A stretch of DNA of 64,000 bases from Bugula neritina (Eukaryota > Animalia > Bryozoa), in NCBI GenBank assembly GCA_964035545.1, contig OZ037770.1, forward strand, positions 5,838,729-5,902,728, read 5' to 3'. The notes below the pieces were generated by a model that worked only from the letters and a program-made list of their open reading frames with translations, was not told the DNA's origin and ran no database searches. The position numbers and the translations under genes were made by a program. This document shows, one piece after another, positions 49,877 to 64,000 of this stretch (positions are counted from its first letter, which is position 1; every line of letters begins with the position of its first letter).

Positions 49877-52800
49877 ACTGCAGGAAGTACATAGATTATT
49901 AACTCTGGATAGCTTGCTTGTTATTTGGCTACAAATTCAATTTAAATGTGAAGTTTTACATGTAACAGTTTGGTAGCTGTTTAGTAATGCTGCATATAAA
50001 CTATATATATTTGTTGTTTGAAATCTTGCAAGAAAATTAAATTGCATTCCCTTTTCTCATCAAATATGCTATTTCAAAACATTTTATTGTTGTGACTCAT
50101 TGTGATTATTTGTTCTTTTTTTGGATCGTAAGCAATATATCCACTAAAGATTATATTCCTGAGTGTAGTTTTGTTATTAGGCATATACTTTTTGGTAACA
50201 CACTTTAAAGAAATTCCAACATACATTGTTTTGTTTGACAGCGTTTTTACAATTTTCAAAAACAGTGCTTATAGTGAGTGAGTAATATAAAACATCATAC
50301 GGCTTTTGAAACTGTGTGATGCTGTACTCCATCAATTACTCCTACGCCTTTAACATAGAACAATAGTAATATGAGCAGTAAATTTTAGTTTTGGAGCTTG
50401 TAAATTACATTAATAATAATTGATTCATAAAAAATACAATACAATCCAACAATGAACATTTACCACTATCAAAAACAGAAGTTTTGAATTCCTGTAAGTT
50501 GGTTTTTACAAGTACTTGTTTAGAATAGGAAGCATAAAGAGAATAAACCAATTGGACTTGTGTCAGTTTACTTCATTTAGTACAGACCAGCAAATTATGA
50601 CCTAACATTAAGGTTTGCTCAAAATGAATTGAAATTTACTGTACATGGTATTTTTATGTGCTGGTTCTAACTACGCATTACAGAAAAGGCTGGGAGGGGA
50701 TTCCCCAACATTAAAGCACATGTCATTGTCATATGCACTTAATATTCTATAGGCCTATGTGCGGAGTTACGAAAAAAGCCGTAGCAATCCGTAACCAAAA
50801 CTGGCTGATTAATTATGGAAGAACATGGGAAATGAAGCAAAATTAAAAAAAAATTTGATTATTTGGGTGTATTTATTGGTGTTCTATTGGTTTTAGCCAA
50901 AAAAACATGTTCATTACCAGCTAAATTGTGAAAAATAGCCAAAAACTGAAGATTTCGAGTGTGTACTAAATTAAGTAAAATGACCCACTTAGAAATTACA
51001 GCATTCATGCATAGCAAATCTACACGATCCTCTGAACAGCTTCATAAGTTGGCTAGAAGTGAATTTGCAGTTTTGTAAAATGAGTTGATATAATATGTAG
51101 GTTTAGAAAATGATACAGCAATGATATGAATGAATTAGAATATAATCAGTTGAATTGTTTGTTTGAAAATGAAATTATTGATGAAACAATCTGTAGGTTA
51201 TTTTTAGTGCTTGATAGTGAGTGCAAGTGTAATATTAACATAGTTAGCTCACACCTAGATGAGATGGACAATATAAAGACTGAGAATGCACGGAGACAAA
51301 ATGAAGTTTTTAAAAGGAGCCTCGCTAAGTTGGAAGAGTTAAACAAATTGCACACACTATTTTAAGAAGCCTTCCAAAAAATTACAAAGCAAAAACAATT
51401 GCCTGACAACTAACCACGGGATGCCCTAAATATTTCTATCACTCTTTTTAACACCATGAAGCCACATATGAGGGCGCCGCTAGAACATAGTGTACCAAGT
51501 GAATAATGAAAAAATTATGCATGAAATAAATATGTCGTGCTAACCTGTGGTCTCTTGCAAAAATCTTTTTTAAAAGTTATGCCAAGTATTCAAATTTCAT
51601 TAAGTGCAGTACCACAACATTTTCTAGAAACTGAAAAATCTAAGAGTTGTCTTTCATGTATGGGTGAACTTGGCATTTATACAAATATATATCAGATAAA
51701 TTCAAAAATCAAATAGAATAAAGATGCTGTTTTGAAAAATATATAACTATGTGCGGAAATAATAATAATTGAAAATAATTTTGAATTGAAATAGTAATTA
51801 GGAAAAATTGCAAAACTATGAAAAATCAAAAGTTGTATTTCAATTACCTAATATTCGGTTTTCTATGATAAATAAACAATTTTAAAGTATTGTTGACATC
51901 TAATATATATGTTATTATTTATATTTGTATATAAAATTCGCAGTGCATAAATTCAAATAACAAACATATCCAGTGATATTGACAGCATTATGATACAAAG
52001 CAACCATCCCTGTAAAGTAATTATAGTGGGAAAGATGAAAATAAATTTTAACTTCAGGTAGCTGGTTAAAAAGCTATTTAATATTACATGATTACGTAGT
52101 ATTCAATGCAAAATTCAGATTACATAATTTGTACTGAATTGTCAAAAAATTTTATATAAAAAATATAATTAGGAAAAAAGCTATCTGGATAAAAAGCAGA
52201 AAACAAGGAGATAAATTTTAACAGTAACTACTGGTTATATAAAGTAGAAGTGCATGATATCAAAGAAGCTACAAGCATACATAATAATTTGAAGTTATAT
52301 TTTAAAATGCAATTTTGGTCTATAATTATATGTTTTTATTATTATATTAGTACTGAATACTTGCATCTCAAAGAATATTAAACATAGAATGACAGTTAAG
52401 GTTCTTGTCTTCTGTGAACTGGCACCAAATAGTCTAAAACAAAGAGTCAAAATATAGAATTTAAAAAAAACATAATATATTCGAAGGTAAAATGCACTAA
52501 AATTGTGACAAATTTCAGAATTTCAGCATGTAGAAAAATCAGTGTTTATAATATAATAGGTATTTTTATTTATAGTTTTACTAAAAATCAAAGTATTTGT
52601 ATAAAGCAAAAATTGCATCAGCATCAGTTTAAGTTATGTTTGTTTTTTACACAGTAATTCTATAAGTCTGGTCACTTTTGATCACCTTACCCCGCCTCGA
52701 TCCTGCGCAGGTGGCATAAGTCTAAGACTATATAATCTCTCAAATATATTAAATAATTAGTAAAGTCAGAAATTACCAAATTAATTAGCTTTAATTAATG

Positions 52801-53843
52801 AATTCGTAATTAGTCCATTAGAAGCTATAGCAACAACAAAATTTATTTTATTGCTGCATCAGATTTCTCAGGAAAATTACCATGTTATTGATTTTTACTC
52901 AGTTGCAACTTTTTTGCAATCGTAAAATATACATATACAGTCATATTCAAATTTGTGAGAGCACCCTTGAATAGTTTATTTTTTTCTGAGGGTTGGTATT
53001 GCTCTCAGTATTTATACAGTACAGTAGGAAAATATGCACTTCAATGAAAAGCTAGTCATATGCTTTACAAGAATCTTTCAAAATCTTTAGCATTGATCTT
53101 GAAAGATTCTAGAGCAAACTGCACCTATATTTCTTTCTAAAACTATACTATATATCTTGAATAATTCAAAAATGTGTTTTAACTCAATTAGTAGCCTTGA
53201 GAAACAATATTGAGGTTAATTATTGTATCATAATCTTTGATTGGCCAACCAGTACTACCAATCATAGCTTGACAACGTCTTGGCATACTGACAATCAGGT
53301 TGGAAAGCAATTCCAAAAATACCACTCAAAGTATAATATGGAAAATAAGTTAAATTGCATAAAACATTTTAAAAAGAATTGGCTGCACAAAAATGTATGT
53401 TTAGATCATAATAATTAGCAAGGACCTTAAGGTGAAACATTGAATTAGCCTGATGGCAGGTGTTTAAAGAGAAGGTCATTGAGTGCATTATTCAAAAGTT
53501 AGTCAGACATCTCTCCTTGACCAACATTTCACTAGCTTTCAGTTGAGCAAAGTTCTTAAAGAGTCTACTCAGATTTAACTGGCACCATCCACTATTTCAG
53601 AAAAATTCTGCAAGTTTTGCATGATGACATTTCAAGATGTTATTCAACCTGACGACCTTCACTCTTTAAAGGAGATAGGAATCCAGGCTCTTTAACACTT
53701 TGAATAAGTTAAAAACACATATTTGAACTAATCTATTGACTTTCTATACAATTTATTATACAAGAACATTAAAAAAATGCAAGTGAATGTTGTCATTTTA
53801 GCTGCTTTAGACATGCCCGGACTTGCCCGCTAGCGCAGCTTGG

Positions 53844-53864
53844 TGACGTGGGGCGGCTGATAGA
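53844..53864 (+). promoter_or_regulatory. Subterminal TGACGTG-GGCGGCTGA motif (left), upstream of KolX
   Basis: TGACGTGGGGCGGCTGATAGA, 19/21 identical to the reverse complement of 61863-61883. Confidence 0.55.
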
Positions 53865-54151
53865 GCTCTTTTGTAGCGCGAGTTTATCTCGCATAAAGTT
53901 GAAAATAGCGGGGTAATGGAAATTTTGCGTCGTTCATAGTTCAACTCTCAGAAATGTTCTTCTTCGGGTGGCTACTAATAACCAACGTTAGCTAACAAGC
54001 AGTAAGAACCAGAACTAATTTGCCTCTTTGTACATTGAAATAAGTTATTCCACTTCGTTGGTTTTTAACCTGCTGCAATTGAAAGAACAAAATATTATTA
54101 GTTGTTTAGTATAGATCTTATTCTTTGTGTGATTTAAAAATTTAAACTGTC

Positions 54152-55578
54152 ATGTTGAGCACACCATCAAAAACCGACTCTCTTAAATATGCAGCAAATG
54201 ATATAGTTCAACCGTTTCGTTTTGAACCAGAAGTTAAACTTAATAGTTGTCACACTCTGACTCATAGTCATACTGATAGTGATACTGATAGTGCATCCAA
54301 GTTCCAAAATCCGTCGGACACCAACTCCAATCACAATGAGATTGATTATCAGTACATCTATGACGATACTGATAGTCATAGTGATACTGATAGTCACAGT
54401 CAGTTTGAGGGCCATGATGATCAAGATAGTTCTTCTTTTTCGGTAAGCTGGACTTTTAAACCCTACTCATTTGACATTTCCCATTACTGTTAGTGTTGGT
54501 GAGGATAAACTAACTTTTTTTATTAGTATTACTATTAGTATTTGATGATAAACTATGTTTTACAGCAATTTTTAATTTGATATTCTATTACCATTAGTAA
54601 GAGTATTCCAATGACTATTACTATTAGTATTACTATTAGTATTACAGTATTAGACTTAGAGCTACAGTTAATGTTACTCTATTAGCGTCAATTTCAACTT
54701 GAATTAAATTTAATTATACTATTAGTATAACTATATCAATATGTATTACTATTTCCGATTTGCATTAGACTTACTAATACCAATAGTAATAATGTTAGTA
54801 ATAATATTACGGATTACTAAAGAATGTTACTTTAAAATATGTGGTTCAACTTTTTAAAATTAAACTAGCAAAATTAATTAAGTTGAAAACAAAGGATATC
54901 TTGCAATGAATTGCTTTTTACTTAGCTCACTGAGTGTGTTATTTTTTAGACCATTCCATCAGCAGAAGAATGGTGTAAGTGTAACAAATGTCAGGTTCAG
55001 CAAACTAAGGAGCAGTCAGTATGCTGCCATAGCTGTAAAGAGGCATTTACAAAGCTGGATTTTAATAAAGGTGTAAAATGTATAACGGATCATCCTGGTG
55101 TATTCGAACTGACACGGCCTACAGTTCTTGAAGTAACATACAACAGCTATTTACGTTATCACGGTTAGCTTAAATTTTATTTGGCATATCAATATTTAAT
55201 ACATAGTTGGATCTTTGCTGTAACTTTACACAAAGAGCGTAAAGATAACAAAAACAATATAGTAATATTTTTTGAGTATAATTACCAAGATAAGTAATTG
55301 TTCTTATACATCCACAGTAAAATTTTATCAATACAACAATTATTGTTTTAGATGATGCATTCGATAACACAAGACACTCCATAAATTCTAAAAGACGGTT
55401 TTGCAGTTATAGAGCACTAGTTTTCTGGCTGTTTCCAAACCTTCGTAAAAGGCAAAGAAAGCCACTGCCAGCTTGCCTGTATGACTGGGTGCAAGCATCT
55501 TTTCCACCTACAGATGATGAAGAACAATTTGGTGATTGGGAATTTTCTAAGTTTGTTTACAATGAAGAAAGAGTATAA
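54152..55578 (+). CDS. KolX / P2X7 C-terminal 'ballast' (nanor-like) Cys-rich protein, 3 exons (54152-54442, 54950-55163, 55352-55578), ~243 aa
   Basis: QPFRFEPE, WCKCNKC...EQSVCC...CITDHPGV, RRFCSYRALVFWLF, RKPLPACLYDWVQASFP. Phase-compatible GT-AG introns and no internal stop. Confidence 0.88.
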
Positions 55579-56031
55579 GCCATAACTATTTTAAATTTGG
55601 AAAATCCTATATGAAAAAGTTCTCAAGTTTTGTTGTAATCAAGAATAATTTTGGTTTCAATAAAACAGTTGAATAGACAAACTTTTTTAAGCATTTTAAT
55701 ATTTTTATATTTACTACCTAAACAATTATTTAACTAATACTTGTAAACACAAAATAATGCTTCAGATGCGCAATAAACTGACCATAAAAGTTAGAATGAG
55801 TTGGAGGTGTAGAACAAATGACGGTCACCGTTTTTCTGTGCTGTTGGAACTTTTTACTCCAGAACACTATATTGAACAAGCATATGTAAATATATGACAA
55901 TTCACGAGTAATAATAATGTGAAATTAATTGATAAATCTAATATTTACTATTTGCGTAATGCTTTATCTTATTTTTGTGACGTTATAACCTATATGTCTG
56001 TGTAGTAGATACATGATTTCGTACCAGTCTT

Positions 56032-59000
56032 CTATCTGAGTAAAACAATAGTTTGCGCTACCAAAATATTTTGCAAAATTAAAAGAAAAAACTTTCTACT
56101 GGGTAGAACACTTGCCATTTCTTTCCTCATAATGCCTCTACTGCAAACTTTGGATGTCTCTATTACAACAGCTTTATCTATTTGTGGTCCTGTTGACGCT
56201 AATGTAGGAATATTTATGGCCGGAAGTTGAGGGCGAGCTGCATTGTGTAGATAGTTTTCTAATCTTAGCATTAAATCATCAACATGTCCTAAAACAATGA
56301 ATATTTTGTGAACAAAATGTTTGAGTTAGTTGTATTTAAGCAAATTTTGCTAAGTTTTCTTACTGTATGTTGGTGGCACTCGTAACTTCGTAGCTACAGG
56401 TTGTAATTTGGAGTGTTTAGACCGGCTAATGGAATACATGGCTTCTCCTGCCTTAGAAACTCTATATGGCCTATTCACATTTTCATTGTGATACATCACA
56501 GCTAATTGGTACCTAAAGTTTAAAAATAACGGTTTCAACAATTTCAGAATGTGCAAATCAAACAATCATTGAACTTTCAAAAGTTTAAGACATAGCCTTT
56601 TTTACCTGGAAGACATTCCTTGATATGTGTATCCAGTCATTTTTGGAGCATAGTGGTTTATTTTAGCATGAAATGCTTCGAGCTCACTTGTATTCTGTTT
56701 TCCTGCTCTTTTTATATCCTTAATGAGTCTAGAGCTGAGCAGTATTTCTCTTAATATGATCTCACATGGACTACCTGATCGAGATAAAAAAGAGCAATTT
56801 CATGGAAGTTTTAGACTGCTTATGCTATAAACTACAGGCACTTAAAATAAGCCAAACAGGCAATGCGATACTTGAAGCTAGCACCTTGTACAATCCAAGC
56901 TTTAGTAGATGGTTTCGTTTCGTGTTGGCATTTGGTATGATCATTTGTTATATGGCTCAGTAGAAGTCGCCATTTCTCCTCTCGATCACTCTCCTCCTCA
57001 GAAGACCAAACACACCAATATAGATGGTTACAAATGGATTTGATCCATGGAGCAATCGCTCTATATTTCGCTGTTCGAGTTTTCTCTGCCAATCTTTTTT
57101 TTAATCCTATGATTCAGAATACATTATCAAACAATTATTATAACCATAGTTTTGCTTTCCATACCATGATGTGAATAACAGTGATCAATATTGATAATCT
57201 GGTGCACCTTTGCTAATATGCCATGTATCAAAGTAGTGCTTTACTTCTGGCCATTGCTGTCGAACATATTTGGTTACGCCTGTGTGTCTATCAGTTGTTA
57301 AAGAAGACACCTTTATCTGATTTAGAGCCAACTCTTCCCTACAGCGTTTGAGACCTTCCAACTCCATGGCATTTGAGCTGCTCACTTCTGTGCTCTTCAA
57401 AATATGCAAGTTAAATTAAAATATCTATACACATAAAATAGCAAAGGAAATTGCAATATACATTGGCCTAACCTTGACTAGTTTTGATGAAATTATACGG
57501 TGATTTTTTAGTTCCATCAAAGTTGTTATGCCATAAAGTGCACTGTGTCCTGGAGAATCACATCTTCCATCACCAGCAATATCTACTTTCCCTTCCAGCA
57601 AAACTTCTCTAAAAAGCTCTTTCTGCTTTAGCTCGTATTCTTCTTTCACAACCTTTTAGTTTATAATACCATTTAATACATAGTTTCAAACATTGATATT
57701 ACCAGTTTAGTTATACCTTTGTAGAAAAAACCATGCCAGCTGACTGGTACAGTCACCTACTTACTATGCTATTGCTAATATTTTAGGTAACGTAATCATC
57801 CATCTTGTAAAATACTAACATACCCCATGCAGATACTTTCTTTGATGTGCGGTAAATGTTCTGTAAGTTGGAACTGCAATGTTGATGCTGGAAAGCATTC
57901 TTAAACACTTGGTAGCATTACCACCAGCAAACAAAATTGCAGCTGAAATGAAGTTGTTGATAGAATAATTCCGCCTAATTTTTGGAGCTGAAGCCCACAC
58001 CAACTCATGACCACATGTCAAACATACAACTTGAAATTCAACATGTGCTCCTTCCCTTTTGTGTGTGCTGTATGTGGTTTCCTCTCCGCAACATGTACAA
58101 GATCTCAACAACATGTGCAAACTGCTCATTGAAACAATTATCTTTTTTTCCTTATATACGTTGTCAAACGACCTATAAGTTTTAAAAATAAATTAAACAG
58201 TTGAAATAACATGTAATATTTTTCAATAGAAAAGGCACACTTCAATTTTGCAATATAATGCTAATGTGGAATTAGTTTTACACACTACAGGCCAGCAAGA
58301 ATAAGTTTGTTCATTGTAAGTGATTATCATGCAACCTTCTGCAACCCCTTGAATCAATTTCGGTACCAGCAACTCGTCACTTGTTTTGATACAACCCTAT
58401 ACAGGCATTTCATCACATTGGTTATGTTTTCTCAGTAAATTTTGAAATTATAAGTTCTGATTTGATCACCTTGTATGGACTTTCCAAAGCGCTTAGTATA
58501 TTAGCACTAGTAGGATTTGCACCTACAATACTTGGTTGCATCAAAGCAGAGTGATTGATCTTGAGTTTGACAGCAAGAAATTTGAGAAAGCATAACCAAC
58601 ACAAAGCAACTTGGTCAAATATGATAGATAGTAGACCATTGAACTAATAAAGTTGAATTAGAAAACTCTCTGCCTGCAACATGCAAAAACATTCCCTAGT
58701 AGTATGTTAATACGCAAGTCACCACTGTTAATTTTATAAAAAAAAATATCGATAGGTCTGGTCAAGGGTAGTTTAGCCATTCATGCAGTTTCAGTAAAGA
58801 ACATTACATTTCCATAAGATTATCATCATCAAAATCCATTTTAAACTCCTCCAAATCTATTTCATCTGGGATGTAATCCTCATCTTTGAGGTCTTCACTT
58901 TCTTCGAAATCATCTTCTACAAACTAGTGAATCAACTGCAGCATGTGAGACTACCTTCAATGTAACAACTAAAGGAAATACAATGTCAACACATAAACTA

Positions 59001-61479
59001 ACATTAAATTGAAAATGATATTCCACAGCCTTCAATACACTCCTCATTTTGAAACTGATATTACCTCCATAGAACCAGATGGCAAATTTACTATCTCTTC
59101 ATCTTGCCAACGCTCATGTTCAACAGTTGCAATATCTACATTCTCAGTTTGGCAAGATATATCTCTTCTTTTAGGCCTCACCATATATATTTCTGTCGAT
59201 GTACCTGTAATATTACAAACATCCTTAACAATAAACAATGACATTAAATCATTTTAAAAAGGTAATTGCATATAATTTTAGTTAACAAAATTGAGTTCTC
59301 ACTTTTACAATGTTGATCTGCACGATAACGAAGAGATGTCACAGAGGATTTTCTTCTTTTTTTTGCTTTAAGAAACTTTTCTCTCTGTTCTTTATGACTT
59401 TCAAGAACATTATCAACTTCTGCTTGACTATTGAAATAGGAGATAAGAAATACAGTCTGCAATTGACAGAATATATCGAAAAAAGATTATCAAGTTCAGC
59501 CATGTACCTGTAAAAACGCACCAGATAACTCAGAACCCAATCAGCAATATCAACCATTGTATAAGGATACAGAAATAAATTTTTACTGAGATGAATGAGC
59601 CTTTTCTGCATCATGAACAAGTAACCGTCTCTCCCGAGTCTCTAGTGGACGTTTTGATTTCTTTCTAGGTGTTTGTGCATCATCAGCTTCCTGCTGTGAT
59701 CGAAATCTTATGGAAGGAACGGCAACGTCAGTATCTAGTCGTAATCTATTCAGTGCATAATACACATTGTACAAGTTCATTTAAAAAACGTAGGAACAAT
59801 TTTTAATAAGAAATGACAAAATAAAAAGAATCAATTTTCTATCAGACTGTGCATCAATTATGCTATGGAGTAAATACTGCCAAAGGTTATAAAGTCTACC
59901 AGTCACATTTATGGAGCTGTCGAAGAATAAATAATTTTTACAGGCAATAAAAACAATTAGTAACATAATGTAAAACTAGTAAAATTGAATCATACAAGTC
60001 ATAGATACTTTTGGTATAATTACAAAGAATAGTCAGTTGTATGAATTTAACATCAACTTTGAATTATAATTAACTGACAATATATATTGTAATACAATTA
60101 CACTTTACTTTAGCTGTTTGAAGTGCATTTAGTGCCATATTTATATTAGTAGCAGTGACTTGAATCATTACCAATAAATCTTTATAAATGATAAGTTAGG
60201 ATGTCTAATAATGTTCAACACTCCACTAACCTAGCATTATAGTTATTTTGACAAATCATAACCATGATTAGTTAGTATTTTGGTTCAATCTATTAACTGT
60301 GGCAGGTGCAGTTGTAATAAATCCAAATTTTAATGAACAGAAGTAATGAGTATAGCAGTCCATATCCAATTACAATTAATGTTTATAGTCTTATAGCCAT
60401 AGTTACTAAGAATTGCTGAATTGTAAAACTCATACCGATACCATGATGACAATCTCATCGAGATCAGTGTTATATATATTTTTCATATTGATAACGGTAT
60501 TTATGAATAATAGACCTCATAATTACAATGAAAATCAGTGTTGTTTGCCAAATTCATATTTTTGATCTAATTTATTAATATAATAATAACTTCAACTTAA
60601 AGTTAAAGTAATTAGGCAATATAGTAAATAACAATAAATGATTGCTAAGCCTAATGCATGACATTGACTAATAATAAATTATATATTAGTATGTTATTTT
60701 AATTATTGAAATATTTTTATTTTTAATAATAATGATTGCATCCAATTTATTTACCATAAACTTACCATCTTGATTATTATAATATTATTATTAATGGTGA
60801 TCTCATTAAATTCAAGGCAAATACTAATAGTAATAATAATATTAATAGTCATATCAATAGGCAATATGGTTACCATTACTATTACTATCACAGTGATACT
60901 ATTAGCATCAGTATCAAAATAAAATTTAATGTAATCATTATGATTAGCCATTGAGATTATTCGATAGATATATTATTATTATCAAAAATAAATTTAACAA
61001 AATTAACTATAATAGTTATTACGTATTATTATCAGTAATAAATGAAAATATAAATAATTTCAAAATATTATTATTAGTTACTTATAGTTAATAAGATATA
61101 GCTTAAGCTATACTTAATCTTATAGTTATAGTTGTAATTGTAAAACTAAATCACTAAATTTAAGTTATACTTATAGTTATAATAAATAATATTTATACTT
61201 TATTAACAGCACTAAAGTCAAAGTGTATTTTAATTATACAATTACTTTAACTTACATTTGATCCTGTTCCGTAACATAGCGATATAAATTCAAAAAATAA
61301 TTTTCTTCAAAATGCTTGCAACATATTCTACTATTAGAATTCAACTTGAAATTCGCAACATCTGTTGCAACCCAAGTGGACCATGCCTTGTGTAAATGTG
61401 GCTTTTTTTCTTTGTCAGGCCATTTAAAAAGCTTGTTTGTGCTGTCACAATATGCGGCAGCACATATTCTTCCAGACAT
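56032..61479 (-). CDS. Kolobok-type transposase with N-terminal THAP domain, 12 exons, ~756 aa
   Basis: Exons 61479-61256, 59745-59587, 59427-59309, 59204-59065, 58923-58808, 58172-57824, 57652-57473, 57394-57208, 57106-56885, 56774-56606, 56512-56364, 56288-56032; all phases are compatible. THAP: CAAAYC..FKWP..W..ICCKHF..AVPSI. CxxC pair, GDGRCDSPGHSALYG, SNAMELEG, LTTDRH, FDTWH, NHLYWC, TSELEAFHA, YHNEN. The 3' end of the last exon is uncertain. Confidence 0.88.
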
Positions 61480-61862
61480 TGTAATTGTAAAAGTAAATCT
61501 GCGTTTGAAAATTAAACTTGAAGAATTGCAGTTGCAGAAGACTCAGAATTTTTCAATAAAATCATCGTAAAACATTATTTGACCTTGACATCTTCATTCA
61601 AGTGCCTTCCACGCCAAGCCCCCGAACCAATTAGTAAATATTTTGGTTTTTTTGCTTTTGCTTATTTTTTAAGAAAACAGCTTCAAAAAAAATTTAAAAA
61701 AAAGTGAGCTTTTGTCCACATTGAAGAAAATATGTGAGTTAATTATCTAAACTCAAAAAGTTACTAGAGAGGCCTAAAATTATTTTAAAAAATCTTGATT
61801 TTCAGACCGATCTCTATGTATTAGTATAGAAAAATAATGGATAACTCCCGTTCAGGAATTTT

Positions 61863-61883
61863 TCTGTCAGCCGCCGCACGTCA
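61863..61883 (-). promoter_or_regulatory. Subterminal TGACGTG-GGCGGCTGA motif (right), upstream of the transposase
   Basis: TGACGTGCGGCGGCTGACAGA on the minus strand. Confidence 0.55.
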
Positions 61884-62532
61884 TTTTCAGTACTATTAAC
61901 CAACATATTTTAATTAACTTTTTTGGTATATTAGACTGATTGTTTTTTTTTAAAAGTTTTTCAGATGCAACTAACAAAACATGTTCTTTTACTTAACAGT
62001 GATTGATTATTTCAAAATAACATGGATTCCTAGAATGTTTAATGAACACCGACGAGAGGCATCATTGACTGTACATTAACACCCCAGCAGCTAGTAGCAA
62101 GAAGTATTTTTCAGTAATTTAAAAGTATTTTTGAGATTTAAATTTACAATTGATCATATAAAGAAATGGTTTGACAAAAAGCTGTCTCCCAAGAGCATTA
62201 TTTGAAACATTAAGCAACCAAGTTCTGCCACAATTTGGAGACGCTTTGCAACAAGTGATATTGTCTGACTAACGCTGCCAACACATGATAAATGCTACTA
62301 AATACTGTAAAAATTGAAGCAAATGATGCTTTCATTAGCAAAAGACCTGTTTTATGAACAATGGCTTTGCCAACAAGACGGTGAGCTTTGCAACACAGCT
62401 AAGGAGGAAAGGAAAGAATGGAAAACAATGACATTAACTCTCAGATCTCAATCCTAGTGCTGAGTTCTTGTGTAGCATTAGTTACCACATTGCTACCAAG
62501 CAATAGTAAGATGTTTGAGCTGATGCTACAGT

Positions 62533-63401
<869 letters not shown>

Positions 63402-64000
63402 CTTCAAGTAAAAGCATTTGGTATTCTTGACTGTTTGACTGACGATCTCAATGCACAATCAATTATATAATGATTGGATGAATAGTAAAATATTTCGATG
63501 TAAATAAATTGGGAACAAAATCAAATTAGCAAAAAGGTTTTATAAAGGCAAATAATCTCTTCAGTGATTATCAATGTTGCTACTCTAATTTTTTTTCATT
63601 ATTCCTTTTGTTTTCTTATGCCTCAAATATATGTGCTGATCATGTAAGATTTTTAGCAAGTTATTGACCTACATGTATGTATTTCGCTGCATAATAAAAA
63701 AGTCAGTTTGTAACAAAAGATCAATTTTTATTTTTTTTAAACTGGTGTCTATTGTATCATAATTATTGAAAAGCTGTTTGTGTAATTTTATGGTATTGCT
63801 GTGCTGTTCTAAATAGTTGGCTCACGTCTATTTGTTATTGCGTAACATATATGTTTTAATATCCATCTATAGTCAAGTTTTCAATGCATGCGAAATAGAA
63901 AAGTTTTTGCTTAATTTTTTTATAATTTTGAACTATTGGTATATAATATCTAGTATAAAAATTTACATATCAACCTACTGGTTAGTATATTTTAAGCTCT

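Larger units (their letters stand above)
53670..62038. mobile_element. Kolobok-type DNA transposon, apparently full length (~8.37 kb), TTAA TSD
   Basis: TTAA at 53666-53669 and 62039-62042. Ends are AGGAGA-TAGGAATCCA vs (rc) ACATTC-TAGGAATCCA. A 21-bp subterminal inverted motif is present at both ends. Contains two convergent genes: a THAP-DDE transposase and a P2X7-C-terminus-like gene. Confidence 0.85.

Noticed and set aside
51126-51365. 79-aa ORF with protein-like composition
   Set aside because: No recognisable motif or linked exons; probably a TE or gene relic.
54152-55578. Genuine P2X7 purinoceptor gene
   Set aside because: Only the cytoplasmic ballast-like region is present, with no TM or ATP-binding ectodomain, and it lies within the transposon.

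Overview
Very AT-rich, intron-containing eukaryotic DNA, most likely an invertebrate animal (species cannot be determined from sequence alone). Most ORFs in the supplied track are translations of (TA)n/(CA)n microsatellites. Splice-aware reading by eye gives four host-type gene models. (1) A 5-exon, ~198-aa four-TM MS4A/CD20-like protein (+, 3490-8284). (2) An LRR gene (-, 30541-21151) built from duplicated 144-nt phase-2 exons. It ends in the motif that precedes the ROC domain of ROCO proteins, but it lacks ROC-COR and has an in-frame TAG. (3) A 14-exon, ~626-aa secreted protein (+, 36649-49876) with PAN/apple-like and Cys-rich/EGF-like modules followed by three tandem CTHRC1 C-terminal-like domains and no collagen. 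(4) The 3' exons of a probable receptor tail with Tyr motifs (-, 63401-62533). The most complete mobile element is an ~8.4-kb TTAA-flanked Kolobok-type DNA transposon (53670-62038). It carries an apparently intact 12-exon THAP-DDE transposase and a convergent 3-exon gene resembling the P2X7 C-terminal 'ballast' domain. Other elements: an AcademX-like remnant with a 3-bp TSD that splits an RTE LINE, a CR1/Jockey-like LINE split by a foldback MITE, a Penelope-like GIY-YIG remnant, five hammerhead-ribozyme-like motifs of three sequence types (four of them in inverted pairs), a Gypsy remnant, SINEs and several MITE families. Family assignments come from motif recognition, not database searches.
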